DNA of 63,920 nt from NCBI GenBank assembly GCA_964368875.1, contig CAYJDG010000008.1, positions 1 to 63,920 of the forward strand. Reading direction: 5' to 3'. Made by a program: the position numbers and the translations under genes. Positions 19,300 to 29,485 of this stretch are shown in pieces. Source of the DNA: an uncultured Pseudobdellovibrionaceae bacterium (GTDB lineage: Bacteria; Pseudomonadota; Alphaproteobacteria; Micavibrionales; Micavibrionaceae). The number at the start of each line of letters is the position of its first letter. Position 1 is the stretch's first letter. The notes beneath the pieces were generated by a model that searched no databases, had not been told where the DNA came from, and saw only the letters and a program-made list of their open reading frames with translations.

Positions 19300-20406
19300 A
19301 TGTGGAACCGTCCTAAGCCCCGCCCCAAGCTGATTATCCATACAACCAACCGGCACCTGAGTGACGGGGACCGTGCGCGCGGCAGTGCCAAATTTCTGGT
19401 GGTGGCAATCGCGATCATGGTTGTCGTGATGCATTTCACACCGACCAGCTGGCTTTTTCCTGAGGCCAAACATAAGCCGCCTAAACCTGCGGTCGTGCCT
19501 ATCGAACGTGTCGCGGTGGAGCCTAAGCCTGAACCTACGCTAGTGGTAGCGGAGCCCGTCATCGTGGTTCCTCCTGAACCTGCGCCACAGAATTTCGAAC
19601 GCCCCTATGGGCCAGAAAATCTTCCGGCATGGCAACGGTATGCCGTTCCAGTGGTGCTTGATCCGGCCAAGGTCAAAATTGCCATCGTCATCGACGACAT
19701 GGGCGTCAATCATGTGAAGAGCCGCGAGATGCTCGCGCTACCGTCTGTCCTGACGTTATCGTTCCTGCCTTATGCAGACGGTGTGGCCGAAATGGCCAAA
19801 GAGGCCCGTGCCAAGGGGCATGAAATCATGGTGCATATTCCGATGGAGCCGATGAGCGCAGATGAAAATCCCGGTCCCAATGCGTTGCTGACGACCTTGA
19901 TGCCGGGTGAATTACAGCAACGGGTCATGACCAATCTGAACGGGTTATCAGGCTATGTCGGGATCAATAACCATATGGGAAGCTTATTTACGCAGGATAC
20001 TTTGGCGCTGAAAGAGCTGATGAAGATCCTGAAAGCACAGGGGCTTTTTATGCTCGATTCAAAAACCATCGGCAACAGCCAGGCTTATAATGAAGCAAAA
20101 CTGGCCGGGGTTCCGGCGGTTGAGCGCGATGTGTTTCTGGATAACGATCCGGCCTATGCGGCAGTGGTGAAGCAGTTTCAGGAAGCCGAAGCTGTGGCCC
20201 GTAAAAAAGGCAGCGCGATTGTGATTGGCCATCCCAAGGAAGATACGATCCGCGCTCTCAAGGAATTTCTGGCGCGGGCCGATGCAGACGGGCTTCAGGT
20301 CGTGCCGCTTAGTGCGCTTGTGAAGATGACTGAGACTGAAAATGTTGCTCAAGGGCATCTTCCGCCGCCCGCACCAATGCCTGAGCCTTCTGCACCGTCT
20401 CCCTGA
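19300..20406 (+). CDS. Divergent polysaccharide deacetylase family protein (YibQ-like)
   Basis: N-terminal TM anchor and Pro-rich linker, then IAIVIDDMG, HIPMEP and NNHMGS motifs typical of the family. Confidence 0.8.
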   Translation: MWNRPKPRPKLIIHTTNRHLSDGDRARGSAKFLVVAIAIMVVVMHFTPTSWLFPEAKHKPPKPAVVPIERVAVEPKPEPTLVVAEPVIVVPPEPAPQNFERPYGPENLPAWQRYAVPVVLDPAKVKIAIVIDDMGVNHVKSREMLALPSVLTLSFLPYADGVAEMAKEARAKGHEIMVHIPMEPMSADENPGPNALLTTLMPGELQQRVMTNLNGLSGYVGINNHMGSLFTQDTLALKELMKILKAQGLFMLDSKTIGNSQAYNEAKLAGVPAVERDVFLDNDPAYAAVVKQFQEAEAVARKKGSAIVIGHPKEDTIRALKEFLARADADGLQVVPLSALVKMTETENVAQGHLPPPAPMPEPSAPSP

Positions 20407-21820
20407 ATTCATAGTCAGGGTCGCTGGCCATGGTGATCCCTGCGCCTGATTGGATATGGATTTTTCCGTCTTTCAGGAGCGCGGTGCGCAGAGCGATGCA
20501 GGTGTCGATATTGCCGTTGCCGCCGAGATAGCCGATGCAGCCAGCATAGAATTTGCGTTTCACGGGTTCCAGTTCATCGATGATTTCCATGGCACGGATT
20601 TTGGGCGCACCGCTGACCGTGCCGGCAGGAAAACCTGCCAATAAAGCATCCAGGCAATCTAGGTCGTCACGCAATTTGCCTTCGACGTTCGAGACGATGT
20701 GCATGACGTGCGAATAGTTTTCGATTTTGAATTGGTCGGTGACTTTGACGGTGCCGATTTTGGCGACGCGCCCGACATCGTTGCGCCCGAGATCGAGCAG
20801 CATCAAATGTTCAGAGTATTCTTTTGGATCGGCAAGTAAAGCGGCGGCGATTTCCTGATCTTCAACAGGGGTCTTGCCGCGTTTGCTGGTTCCGGCAATC
20901 GGGCGGATCGTGACATCGCCGTCGCGCACCCGGACGAGCACTTCGGGGCTGGACCCGGCAATCGAGAAATCGGGGAACTGAAGATAGAACAGAAACGGCG
21001 ACGGATTGATGCGGCGAAGCGAACGGTAAAAGTCGAACGCAGGCAAGGTGAAATCAGCCGAGAAGCGCTGCGAGAGCACGACCTGAAAGATGTCACCGGA
21101 CGCCGTGTAATCCTTGGCCTTGTTGACCATCGCATGAAAGGCTGCGGGAGGCATGTTTGATTGGAGATCGAGACTGCCGGATGGCGGCGCAGTTTGTGTT
21201 TGAGCAGGTGTCGCCGTTCTGAGCTTGTTGATGCAGGTCTGGAGACGCAGTTGGGCCGTTTCATAAACGATCTGCGCCGAGCGGTGCGCGGTGCGGGCGG
21301 TGTCATAGATAGGCGCGATGACGCAGATTTTATGCATGACGTTATCAAAGACAACGAGCACGCGCGGGCGGGTGAATACCGCATCGGGGATATTGAGCGT
21401 GTCAGGGTTTTTATCCGGAAGCGTTTCGACTTCGCGGATCATGTCATAGCCGAAGAACCCAAACAGGCCGGACGCAGCCATCGGCGGTAAACCCTCCGGC
21501 AAGACGTCGATATGGCTGGATTTCATGCGGGCGCGCAGGCTTTCGAGCGGTTTATCTTTTTCAACCTGATCGTTGCTGGTCACGACGCCGTTTTCGTACT
21601 TCCAGATCAGATCGGGGTCGAAGCCGATCATGGTATAGCGCCCGAGCACGGCGCCGCCTTCGACAGATTCTAGAAGGAAGGAATAGGGTTCTGCTGCGGC
21701 GAGTTTCAGGAAAGCCGATACCGGGGTATCGCTGTCGGAAACGATCCATGACCAGAGAAGCTGCGTTTTTCCGCTCTCAAAGTTTGCCGAGAAAGTTTTG
21801 AGATCGGGCAGGGCGGTCAA
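20309..21820 (-). CDS. trpE: Anthranilate synthase component I
   Basis: 503 aa chorismate-binding enzyme (GAPKIRAMEIIDELE, GYLG..G..D). The start lies 2 nt after the ppiD stop. Confidence 0.95.
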   Translation of the reverse strand: MTALPDLKTFSANFESGKTQLLWSWIVSDSDTPVSAFLKLAAAEPYSFLLESVEGGAVLGRYTMIGFDPDLIWKYENGVVTSNDQVEKDKPLESLRARMKSSHIDVLPEGLPPMAASGLFGFFGYDMIREVETLPDKNPDTLNIPDAVFTRPRVLVVFDNVMHKICVIAPIYDTARTAHRSAQIVYETAQLRLQTCINKLRTATPAQTQTAPPSGSLDLQSNMPPAAFHAMVNKAKDYTASGDIFQVVLSQRFSADFTLPAFDFYRSLRRINPSPFLFYLQFPDFSIAGSSPEVLVRVRDGDVTIRPIAGTSKRGKTPVEDQEIAAALLADPKEYSEHLMLLDLGRNDVGRVAKIGTVKVTDQFKIENYSHVMHIVSNVEGKLRDDLDCLDALLAGFPAGTVSGAPKIRAMEIIDELEPVKRKFYAGCIGYLGGNGNIDTCIALRTALLKDGKIHIQSGAGITMASDPDYEFRETVQKAQALVRAAEDALEQHFQSQSSSQAH

Positions 21821-21822
21821 GG

Positions 21823-23712
21823 TTATTTGCTTTCCGGCTCGCCGCCATACATCCGCTGCAGCAGTTGGACGTTTTTGCTGATCTTGTAGCGCGACTGCAA
21901 CTCATCAACGAAGATCAGGAGATTTTCCTGGCTTGCATCCGAGCCAGTTTTTTCCTGAATGGTAGTAATGTCAGATTTTGCAGGGTCTTTCGCACTCATT
22001 TTAACCGACGTGACACGAGCGATGGCCAGCCCTTTATCAACTGGTACGGCTATGAATTTGCCTTTTTCGGCATTCATCACTATGCGCAGCGTGCTCTCAG
22101 TCAGACCTGCCGGAGGTTTTGACTCGCGGGTCAAAGCGGCAAAGGTTTGAACTTTGGTTTTCTTTTCCTTGGCGATATCGGCAAGAGTGGTTTTGCCCGC
22201 GTTCAGTTTTTCAAGAGCTTGCTGGACGTAAAGCGCGGTGGCTTTCGCCTGCTGATCGGCAATCCACAGGGAGGTCACTTCGGCTTTCACTTCGGCGAGT
22301 TCCTTCTGGCGGCGCGGGGTAGTGCCATCCAGACGGATCGTGTACATGCGTCCGCCTGTCATCTCAGCGAGCGGCGAGGTTTCACCTTCATGAAGATTGA
22401 ACGCGCTTTGTAGAATGCGCGCCTGATCGGCCTCATAGGCTTTCAGTTCAGGGAAATCCGGCTGCGACATGCGTACGTCTTTCAGCTTTACCAAAGTCAT
22501 TTTGGTGTCTTTGGCAACGGCATCAAGTTCTTCACCGCCATCAAGGCGCTCATCGACACGGTTGATAGCTGCATAGGCTTGATCGCCTTTGGCGTTTTGT
22601 TCAAGGTCTCTACGAATGCCGGCGCTGACTTTATCAAAAGGCTGCACCTGAGCAGGCTGCGTGGTTTTGATAAAAGCAATGTGCCATCCGAGCGGGGACT
22701 TCAGCGGGCCGACATAGGTTTTCTCAGGAGCTGCGAAAATGGCGGTCCCGAGTTCTTCCGGCAGACCGGCTTTTTCAAATCCGGTTTCGGCCATATACCC
22801 CTTGGTGTCTTTGGTTACGGATTTGAGAGCGTCTTGCAGGGACTTCTTACCTTCCTTAGCGGCCTTTAGAACGGCTTCGACTTTTTCCTTGTTATCCAGC
22901 ACAACCTGTTCGATCAGGCGGCGCTCTGCGACACGGAAATTATCCTGATTTTCTTCATAATAGGCTTTAACGTCGGCATCGCTGACCTTGGCATCACCGA
23001 CCAGCGCTTCGGGCGACAGGATGCCAACCGTGAAGCTGCGGTTTTCCGGCGCCATGTAACGGTCTTTGATGCTGTCAAAATACGCGGCAAGCTCAACATC
23101 GGTCGGTGCTTTCACAATATCTGCGTTGCTTTGCAAGAAAACCACTGCTTCGGCGTTACGCTCTTCGCTCTGGTATTTATGCAGGTCAGAGGCAACTATC
23201 GCAGGCACATAATAATTCTGTGCAACCGCATTGCGCAGAAGTTCAGTCGAGGTGGAGGCGCGCAGGTTTTCGATCAGTTCGCCTTCCGACATATTTTGTG
23301 ACTGGAGGAGATTGCTGAGAATTTGTTTCTTGCTGACGTCTTTGGTGGCCATCGGCGTGACCAGATCGTTGATCTGTTTGGCGACATGCTTGTCATCGAC
23401 GATGACACCATAGTCATAGGCGGCCTGCTTAAGCAGATGATCCATGATCGTCACTTCGAGAATCTGGTCGATCATGCCAGTTTTGTAAGCGACTTCCGGA
23501 GTCATCTTCTGGCTGCGGACGATGCGTTTGACGAGGCGGTCGAATTCGCTGCTCTTGATCGGCTTTCCTGCAATCACGGCGACGTCGGTCGACCCACCCG
23601 CATTCCGGTAGGAGCCAGTCCAGTCCATCAGGACCAGCCCGACAGTGCCCATCACCAGGGCGGCCAGAAACAGGTAAGAAAAAATGCCGGAGCGCATTTT
23701 CAAAAGCAGCAT
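21823..23712 (-). CDS. ppiD: PpiD-like periplasmic peptidyl-prolyl isomerase/chaperone
   Basis: 629 aa with an N-terminal TM anchor, a SurA-N-like region and a parvulin-like segment (SPLGWHI). GAGGA Shine-Dalgarno. Confidence 0.8.
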   Translation of the reverse strand: MLLLKMRSGIFSYLFLAALVMGTVGLVLMDWTGSYRNAGGSTDVAVIAGKPIKSSEFDRLVKRIVRSQKMTPEVAYKTGMIDQILEVTIMDHLLKQAAYDYGVIVDDKHVAKQINDLVTPMATKDVSKKQILSNLLQSQNMSEGELIENLRASTSTELLRNAVAQNYYVPAIVASDLHKYQSEERNAEAVVFLQSNADIVKAPTDVELAAYFDSIKDRYMAPENRSFTVGILSPEALVGDAKVSDADVKAYYEENQDNFRVAERRLIEQVVLDNKEKVEAVLKAAKEGKKSLQDALKSVTKDTKGYMAETGFEKAGLPEELGTAIFAAPEKTYVGPLKSPLGWHIAFIKTTQPAQVQPFDKVSAGIRRDLEQNAKGDQAYAAINRVDERLDGGEELDAVAKDTKMTLVKLKDVRMSQPDFPELKAYEADQARILQSAFNLHEGETSPLAEMTGGRMYTIRLDGTTPRRQKELAEVKAEVTSLWIADQQAKATALYVQQALEKLNAGKTTLADIAKEKKTKVQTFAALTRESKPPAGLTESTLRIVMNAEKGKFIAVPVDKGLAIARVTSVKMSAKDPAKSDITTIQEKTGSDASQENLLIFVDELQSRYKISKNVQLLQRMYGGEPESK

Positions 23713-23912
23713 GGGAATCCTCGTTCGGTAAAAGCTTGAGGACTATAGACAGCGGTCTTCATAAAGAAAATAGCTAAGCGCCTTGTTGACCTAAGCCTGA
23801 AAAGCCTGCTCCAGCTATCGAGATGTTATTGTCATAAAATAAAGGTTCATAACTTCCTGATAAACCTACTATGAAGTTTGACGCGGGAAGCTTCCCTGTC
23901 TACAAGAAATCC

Positions 23913-24665
23913 ATGAAAAAGCTGATCGCCGGAAACTGGAAGATGAATGGCAACCTCATGGAGGTTTGCACCCTTATGAATGGGCTAACTGCTGGGCTTG
24001 AAGCCGAGCCGGGCCTGATCACGCAGGTCGATTTCAGTATTGCTCCCCCGTACATCCACATCGCACTTGCCAATTCCATGCTGCCGCCAGGCATTATGAT
24101 TGGCGCACAGAACTGCTCTTCTGAGGATAACGGTGCATTTACCGGTGAGATTTCCGCCAAGATGCTTAAGGAAATCGGCTGTCAGAACGTCATTCTTGGT
24201 CATTCCGAACGCCGCGCTAAACTGGGTGAAACCAGTGAAATGGTAGCTGATAAGGTCATTCGCGCCCGTGAAGCGGGGCTGCGCTCAATCGTTTGTATAG
24301 GTGAAACGCTGCAGGAGCGTGACACAGGCAATGCCGCAGCCGTCGTGGTTGAGCAGCTGCGCCGCTCTCTGCCGGACCGTGTGACCGGCGAAAGCGTCAC
24401 AATTGCCTATGAGCCTGTCTGGGCCATCGGCACCGGAAAAACCCCGACCCCTGAAGATGTCGCCGTGATGCATGAAACCATCCGCCATACGCTTAAGGAA
24501 AAACTGGACAATCCGGATTCTATGCGTATTTTGTACGGCGGTTCGGTCAAGCCGTCCAATGCCAAGGAACTTTTGACATTGCCTAATGTCGACGGGGCCT
24601 TAGTTGGTGGTGCGAGCCTGAATGCCGAACAGTTCTTGGCCATCGCGGTCGCTGTTACGGTTTAA
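23913..24665 (+). CDS. tpiA: Triosephosphate isomerase
   Basis: MKKLIAGNWKMNG start at ATG 23913, plus HSERR, YEPVWAIGTG and GGASL motifs. The ORF-track start at 23871 adds 14 unlikely residues. Confidence 0.95.
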   Translation: MKKLIAGNWKMNGNLMEVCTLMNGLTAGLEAEPGLITQVDFSIAPPYIHIALANSMLPPGIMIGAQNCSSEDNGAFTGEISAKMLKEIGCQNVILGHSERRAKLGETSEMVADKVIRAREAGLRSIVCIGETLQERDTGNAAAVVVEQLRRSLPDRVTGESVTIAYEPVWAIGTGKTPTPEDVAVMHETIRHTLKEKLDNPDSMRILYGGSVKPSNAKELLTLPNVDGALVGGASLNAEQFLAIAVAVTV

Positions 24666-24689
24666 AGTATAAGAAGTAGGAATATCTCT

Positions 24690-25103
24690 ATGGAACATGT
24701 CGTTCTGGTCATCCACCTGATCCTTACCCTTGCGCTGATCATTCTGATCCTGCTGCAACGCTCAGAAGGCGGCGGTCTCGGGATCGGCGGCGGCGGTGGC
24801 GGTCTTGGCGGATTTGCATCGCCCCAGTCGACAGCCAACGCTCTAACCAAGGCCACCCAGTTTATCGGTGCCTGTTTCTTTGCCACCAGCCTGATTTTGG
24901 CCGTTATGGCGTCGCGCGGCGGCTCCCAGCCAGCCAGCATTCTCGATCAGGTTGTTGATAACCCACCCGCAGCCGAATCTTCTGCTAGCCCTGAGACTGA
25001 CAAAGCGGGCATAAACTTGGAGTCCGCCCCGGCAGTTCCGACGGATCAAAAGAAACCCGTAGAAAAGCCTAAAACCGCCCCAGCGGTCCCCATAGCGGAA
25101 TAA
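24690..25103 (+). CDS. secG: Preprotein translocase subunit SecG
   Basis: [13 protein letters not shown] motif, two TM segments, and a Pro/Ala-rich C-terminal tail. Confidence 0.9.
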   Translation: MEHVVLVIHLILTLALIILILLQRSEGGGLGIGGGGGGLGGFASPQSTANALTKATQFIGACFFATSLILAVMASRGGSQPASILDQVVDNPPAAESSASPETDKAGINLESAPAVPTDQKKPVEKPKTAPAVPIAE

Positions 25104-25105
25104 CA

Positions 25106-26734
25106 ATGACACGATACATATTTATCACCGGCGGCGTGGTTTCCTCTTTAGGAAAAGGCCTCGCCTCCGCAGCGCTTGGCGGACTTCTGCAAGCTCGCGG
25201 CTACACTGTACGCCTGTGCAAGCTCGATCCGTACCTCAACGTCGATCCGGGGACGATGTCGCCGTTCCAGCACGGCGAAGTTTTCGTGACCGATGACGGC
25301 GCGGAGACCGACCTTGATCTTGGTCACTATGAACGCTTCACAGGCCGTCCAGCGACCGCCACCGATAACACCACGACGGGCCGCATTTATACGAGTGTGC
25401 TCTCTCGCGAACGCAAGGGCGAATACCTTGGCGCGACCATTCAGGTTATTCCGCATATCACGGATGAGATCAAAGCGTTCGTCCGCGAAAAAGACGGCTC
25501 GGCAGATTTCGTGCTGTGTGAAATCGGCGGAACAGTCGGCGATATCGAGAGCCTGCCATTCCTCGAAGCCATTCGTCAGTTCAGCAACGAAGTCGGCCAT
25601 GCACGCGCTATCTTCGTGCACATGACTCTGCTGCCGTATATTCCGACCGCAGGCGAACTGAAAACCAAACCGACGCAGCACTCCGTCAAGGAACTGATGT
25701 CGGCAGGTATTCGCCCTGATATCCTGATGTGCCGCGCCGACCGCGAAATCGCGGAAGACGAGCGCAAGAAGATTGCCCTGTTCTGCAATATTCCATTTGA
25801 GCGCGTCATCCCGGCGCTGGATGCAAAATCGATTTATGAAGTACCACTGACCTACCATGCCGAAGGTCTGGATGATCAAGTGCTGGCCTGCTTTGGAATT
25901 GAAGCCAAAGGCAAGCCCGATCTCAGCAAGTGGGATGACATCATGGACCGGATCAAAAATCCGGACAGCCATGTGAAGATCGCCATCGTAGGCAAATATA
26001 CCAACCTGACCGACAGTTATAAATCATTGAACGAAGCCCTGATCCACGGCGGCATCGCCAACCGTGTCAAGGTTGACCTCAAGTTTATCGAAGCGGAAAC
26101 GTTTGAAACGTCAGATCGTATCCATGAGCTGGAAGACGTCGATGCCATTCTCGTTCCGGGCGGCTTCGGCCAGCGCGGCACGGAAGGCAAGATCAAAGCA
26201 GTGCAGTTTGCGCGCGAACGCAAGATTCCGTATTTCGGGATTTGTTTCGGCATGCAGATGGCTGTAATTGAGGCGACGCGCAATCTGGTCGGTCTGCCGA
26301 ATGCAAACTCGACCGAATTCGGCGCTTGTAAAGAGCCGGTCGTTGGTCTGATGACCGAATGGATCAAGGGCAATGAAACGGTTGCCCGCAACAACGCGAC
26401 TGATCTGGGCGGCACGATGCGCCTGGGCGCGTATCCTGCGATGCTGCGTAAAGGGTCGCTTATCTCGCAGATATATGGCGCAACGCAGATTTCCGAGCGT
26501 CACCGTCACCGCTATGAAGTGAATGCAGATTATGTGGATCGCCTTGAATCCAAAGGCATGATTTTCTCGGGGATGTCGCCGGACGGCAAGCTGCCTGAGA
26601 TTGTTGAGATTCCAGATCACCCATGGTTTATTGGTGTCCAGTATCACCCTGAACTGAAATCAAAACCATTCGACCCGCACCCATTGTTCGTGTCGTTTAT
26701 CAAGGCGGCGATTGAGCAAAGCAGGCTGGTTTAG
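25106..26734 (+). CDS. pyrG: CTP synthase
   Basis: 542 aa. N-terminus [15 protein letters not shown], with GICFGMQ and a GATase domain. Confidence 0.97.
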   Translation: MTRYIFITGGVVSSLGKGLASAALGGLLQARGYTVRLCKLDPYLNVDPGTMSPFQHGEVFVTDDGAETDLDLGHYERFTGRPATATDNTTTGRIYTSVLSRERKGEYLGATIQVIPHITDEIKAFVREKDGSADFVLCEIGGTVGDIESLPFLEAIRQFSNEVGHARAIFVHMTLLPYIPTAGELKTKPTQHSVKELMSAGIRPDILMCRADREIAEDERKKIALFCNIPFERVIPALDAKSIYEVPLTYHAEGLDDQVLACFGIEAKGKPDLSKWDDIMDRIKNPDSHVKIAIVGKYTNLTDSYKSLNEALIHGGIANRVKVDLKFIEAETFETSDRIHELEDVDAILVPGGFGQRGTEGKIKAVQFARERKIPYFGICFGMQMAVIEATRNLVGLPNANSTEFGACKEPVVGLMTEWIKGNETVARNNATDLGGTMRLGAYPAMLRKGSLISQIYGATQISERHRHRYEVNADYVDRLESKGMIFSGMSPDGKLPEIVEIPDHPWFIGVQYHPELKSKPFDPHPLFVSFIKAAIEQSRLV

Positions 26735-26754
26735 TTTTTTTGCGTAGAGGATAA

Positions 26755-26973
26755 ATGCGTATGTCAGACCAAATCGATCAACAGCCAACCCGTTACGGTG
26801 GCAGCCAGAATAACCTTTCCCTGATTATAGGCGCCCTTGGCGTCACTTTTGCTATAGCGACCCAATTTAAGCCAGAGATCAGTGAATTCAGAAAGTCTGT
26901 CGTTGAGACTGTCAGGCAGGCCGTCTCGTCTCAACCCAAGACAACTACACAGCAAACTCTGGTTGCTAAGTAA
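26755..26973 (+). CDS. Hypothetical small membrane protein
   Basis: 72 aa with one hydrophobic segment (LSLIIGALGVTFAIA). GAGG upstream is better spaced for the second ATG at 26761. Confidence 0.4.
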   Translation: MRMSDQIDQQPTRYGGSQNNLSLIIGALGVTFAIATQFKPEISEFRKSVVETVRQAVSSQPKTTTQQTLVAK

Positions 26974-26979
26974 CTAAGG

Positions 26980-27327
26980 CTAGTTGCGCTTCTGCCATTC
27001 TTTCATGAAGGCGATTTCTTTTTCCTGCGCGGCGATAATGTCCTGCGCCAGTTTGCGCAACTCAGGATCCTTACCGGAGTCCAGTTCGACCTTGGCCATA
27101 GCGACAGCACCTTCGTGATGCGGGATCATATTGGCAACAAAATCCTTATCGGTGTTTCCGGTTGGTGTCACATTCATGCCCTCATGCATGGCAGCGCGGC
27201 TCGGCGCAAACGGATCAACTACAGCGGAATGGTTCATCTTGCTGTGATCCATGGGCATGTCTTCGGCCAACGCTGGGGCCGCGGCCAATAAAATAAACGC
27301 AGGCACTAATATCAATAATTTTTTCAT
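26980..27327 (-). CDS. DUF305 family periplasmic protein
   Basis: 115 aa with a signal peptide. DFVANMIPHHEGAVAMA and QEKEIAFMKEW are typical of DUF305. Confidence 0.8.
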   Translation of the reverse strand: MKKLLILVPAFILLAAAPALAEDMPMDHSKMNHSAVVDPFAPSRAAMHEGMNVTPTGNTDKDFVANMIPHHEGAVAMAKVELDSGKDPELRKLAQDIIAAQEKEIAFMKEWQKRN

Positions 27328-27337
27328 GATGAAATCT

Positions 27338-27360
27338 CCTTACCCTTAATTCGGGTAAGG
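27338..27360 (-). promoter_or_regulatory. Perfect 8-bp hairpin overlapping the Shine-Dalgarno of the DUF305 gene
   Basis: Minus-strand RNA reads CCTTACCC-GAATTAA-GGGTAAGG-AGATTTCATC-ATG. The 3' arm covers AAGG of the AAGGAG SD. It may also act as a terminator for the upstream gene, but there is no U-tract. Confidence 0.4.
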
Positions 27361-27388
27361 GACGTTCATAGTTACAGGTGAGGGGAAT

Positions 27389-27952
27389 TTATCTTGGACC
27401 GCTATCCTGTTGCGACACTCCAAGCAGAATGACTTGCGGAGGGCGCAGGGAATTCAGGTGTTCATCGACTTTGGCGCGCATGTACTCGGCAAAGGCCGGG
27501 TTCTCGCCTTTTAGCAGTTTAGGCAGGGCGTTCAGAAAGTTCGGGCGTACGATCCATTCGTGAATGGCATCTTCCCATGAAGCCCACATTTCGCGCTCAA
27601 CTCGGCCCTTATCATGGGCGAGGCGCATATAGGCCGTTTCAAAATGACTGACGAGCATTTCATAGATCAATAGCTGGCTGCCGCGGTCTTGAGCGGACTC
27701 GAGTTCGTTATCATGGGAATGGAGATGAGGGTTCTCGATCAATAGTTTGAAGATTTCGTAATAGCTTTCTTTCAGCTGCTGATCGATCTCTTCCTGTTTG
27801 GCTTCACGGTCTTTGTGATTGTCGTATAAATAGCCTGCAAGGGCGGCGGCGCCCCCGAAAATTGTCAGCAGATCACCCAGGCTTGGTGTTTCCATTGTGC
27901 GCACTCTACTCAGACGTTCAGTGTGTTTATAAAGGAAGTCCAGATTCTGCAA
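27389..27952 (-). CDS. Hypothetical protein (one N-terminal hydrophobic segment, helical)
   Basis: The ORF-track start is TTG. An alternative ATG at 27895 gives METPSLGDLLTIFGGAAALAGYLY. No recognisable family. Confidence 0.5.
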   Translation of the reverse strand: MQNLDFLYKHTERLSRVRTMETPSLGDLLTIFGGAAALAGYLYDNHKDREAKQEEIDQQLKESYYEIFKLLIENPHLHSHDNELESAQDRGSQLLIYEMLVSHFETAYMRLAHDKGRVEREMWASWEDAIHEWIVRPNFLNALPKLLKGENPAFAEYMRAKVDEHLNSLRPPQVILLGVSQQDSGPR

Positions 27953-28019
27953 AAGAGCTTCTTTTTTTTCTATGGTATCCTATAGTGGCACGTATCTGAG
28001 CTTACAAAAGGGTTGCGTC

Positions 28020-28445
28020 ATGCGTTTCGGTTTTTTGTCCCTGTGGGTTTCCCTCGGCCTGATTTTACCCCTTTCATCTGCACTGGCTGCGAATACGTTG
28101 CCGCCCAGTAAAAGTGTGATCCCTCAGGCTGCTTATACCTGCAGCGTGGATGCGAATTGTACGGTGGTGCAGGGCTGGTGTTCGGTTTTTTCGATCAACC
28201 GCGCCTACCTGCCGTTTTTCAAAAGCATTCCCTCCGACCCGAATGGTAAGGGCGCACGCAACTGTCCGGGCGGATGGTCTGTGCCTGATCCGCGGGCAGC
28301 TTGCCAAAAAAACCGTTGTCAGATCACGAGCCAGAAACGCGCGGTCAGCCTGCCGCCACCAAAAACCAAGTATACAGACCCGAATTATAAGCCGCCGGCC
28401 TATAAGCCTGCGCCATTCACGCCAACCTCACCGCAAACACGTTGA
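28020..28445 (+). CDS. Hypothetical secreted Cys-rich protein with Pro/Tyr-rich tail
   Basis: Signal peptide MRFGFLSLWVSLGLILPLSSALA starts at ATG 28020. Six Cys residues; C-terminus PPPKTKYTDPNYKPPAYKPAPF. Confidence 0.55.
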   Translation: MRFGFLSLWVSLGLILPLSSALAANTLPPSKSVIPQAAYTCSVDANCTVVQGWCSVFSINRAYLPFFKSIPSDPNGKGARNCPGGWSVPDPRAACQKNRCQITSQKRAVSLPPPKTKYTDPNYKPPAYKPAPFTPTSPQTR

Positions 28446-28450
28446 GATAA

Positions 28451-29323
<873 letters not shown>

Positions 29324-29423
29324 TATTTCCGTATGAATGCGAAGACCGATGAGCAGCCATGCTCAAGTAATTGGTGTGTTTTCTTGAGAAATCACCTAAA
29401 CCTGCGACAGCGGTAGAAATTCA

Positions 29424-29452
29424 TTGACATAATAACAAGAGTCACATAATTT
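29424..29452 (+). promoter_or_regulatory. Sigma70-like promoter candidate for the orphan gene at 29486
   Basis: TTGACA at 29424-29429, then CATAAT (15-nt spacer) or TAATTT (17-nt spacer). Part of the recurring ATTGACATAA decamer. Confidence 0.45.
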
Positions 29453-29485
29453 GCCGCAACCTTAAACCATCATTGCGTAGCAAAA

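Noticed and set aside
23826-23838. TTATTGTCATAAA upstream of tpiA as a fifth copy of the ATTGACATAA element
   Set aside because: It has a mismatch in the TTGACA core (TTGTCA) and no acceptable -10 at 16-18 nt. It does not meet the exact-match criterion used for the other four copies.
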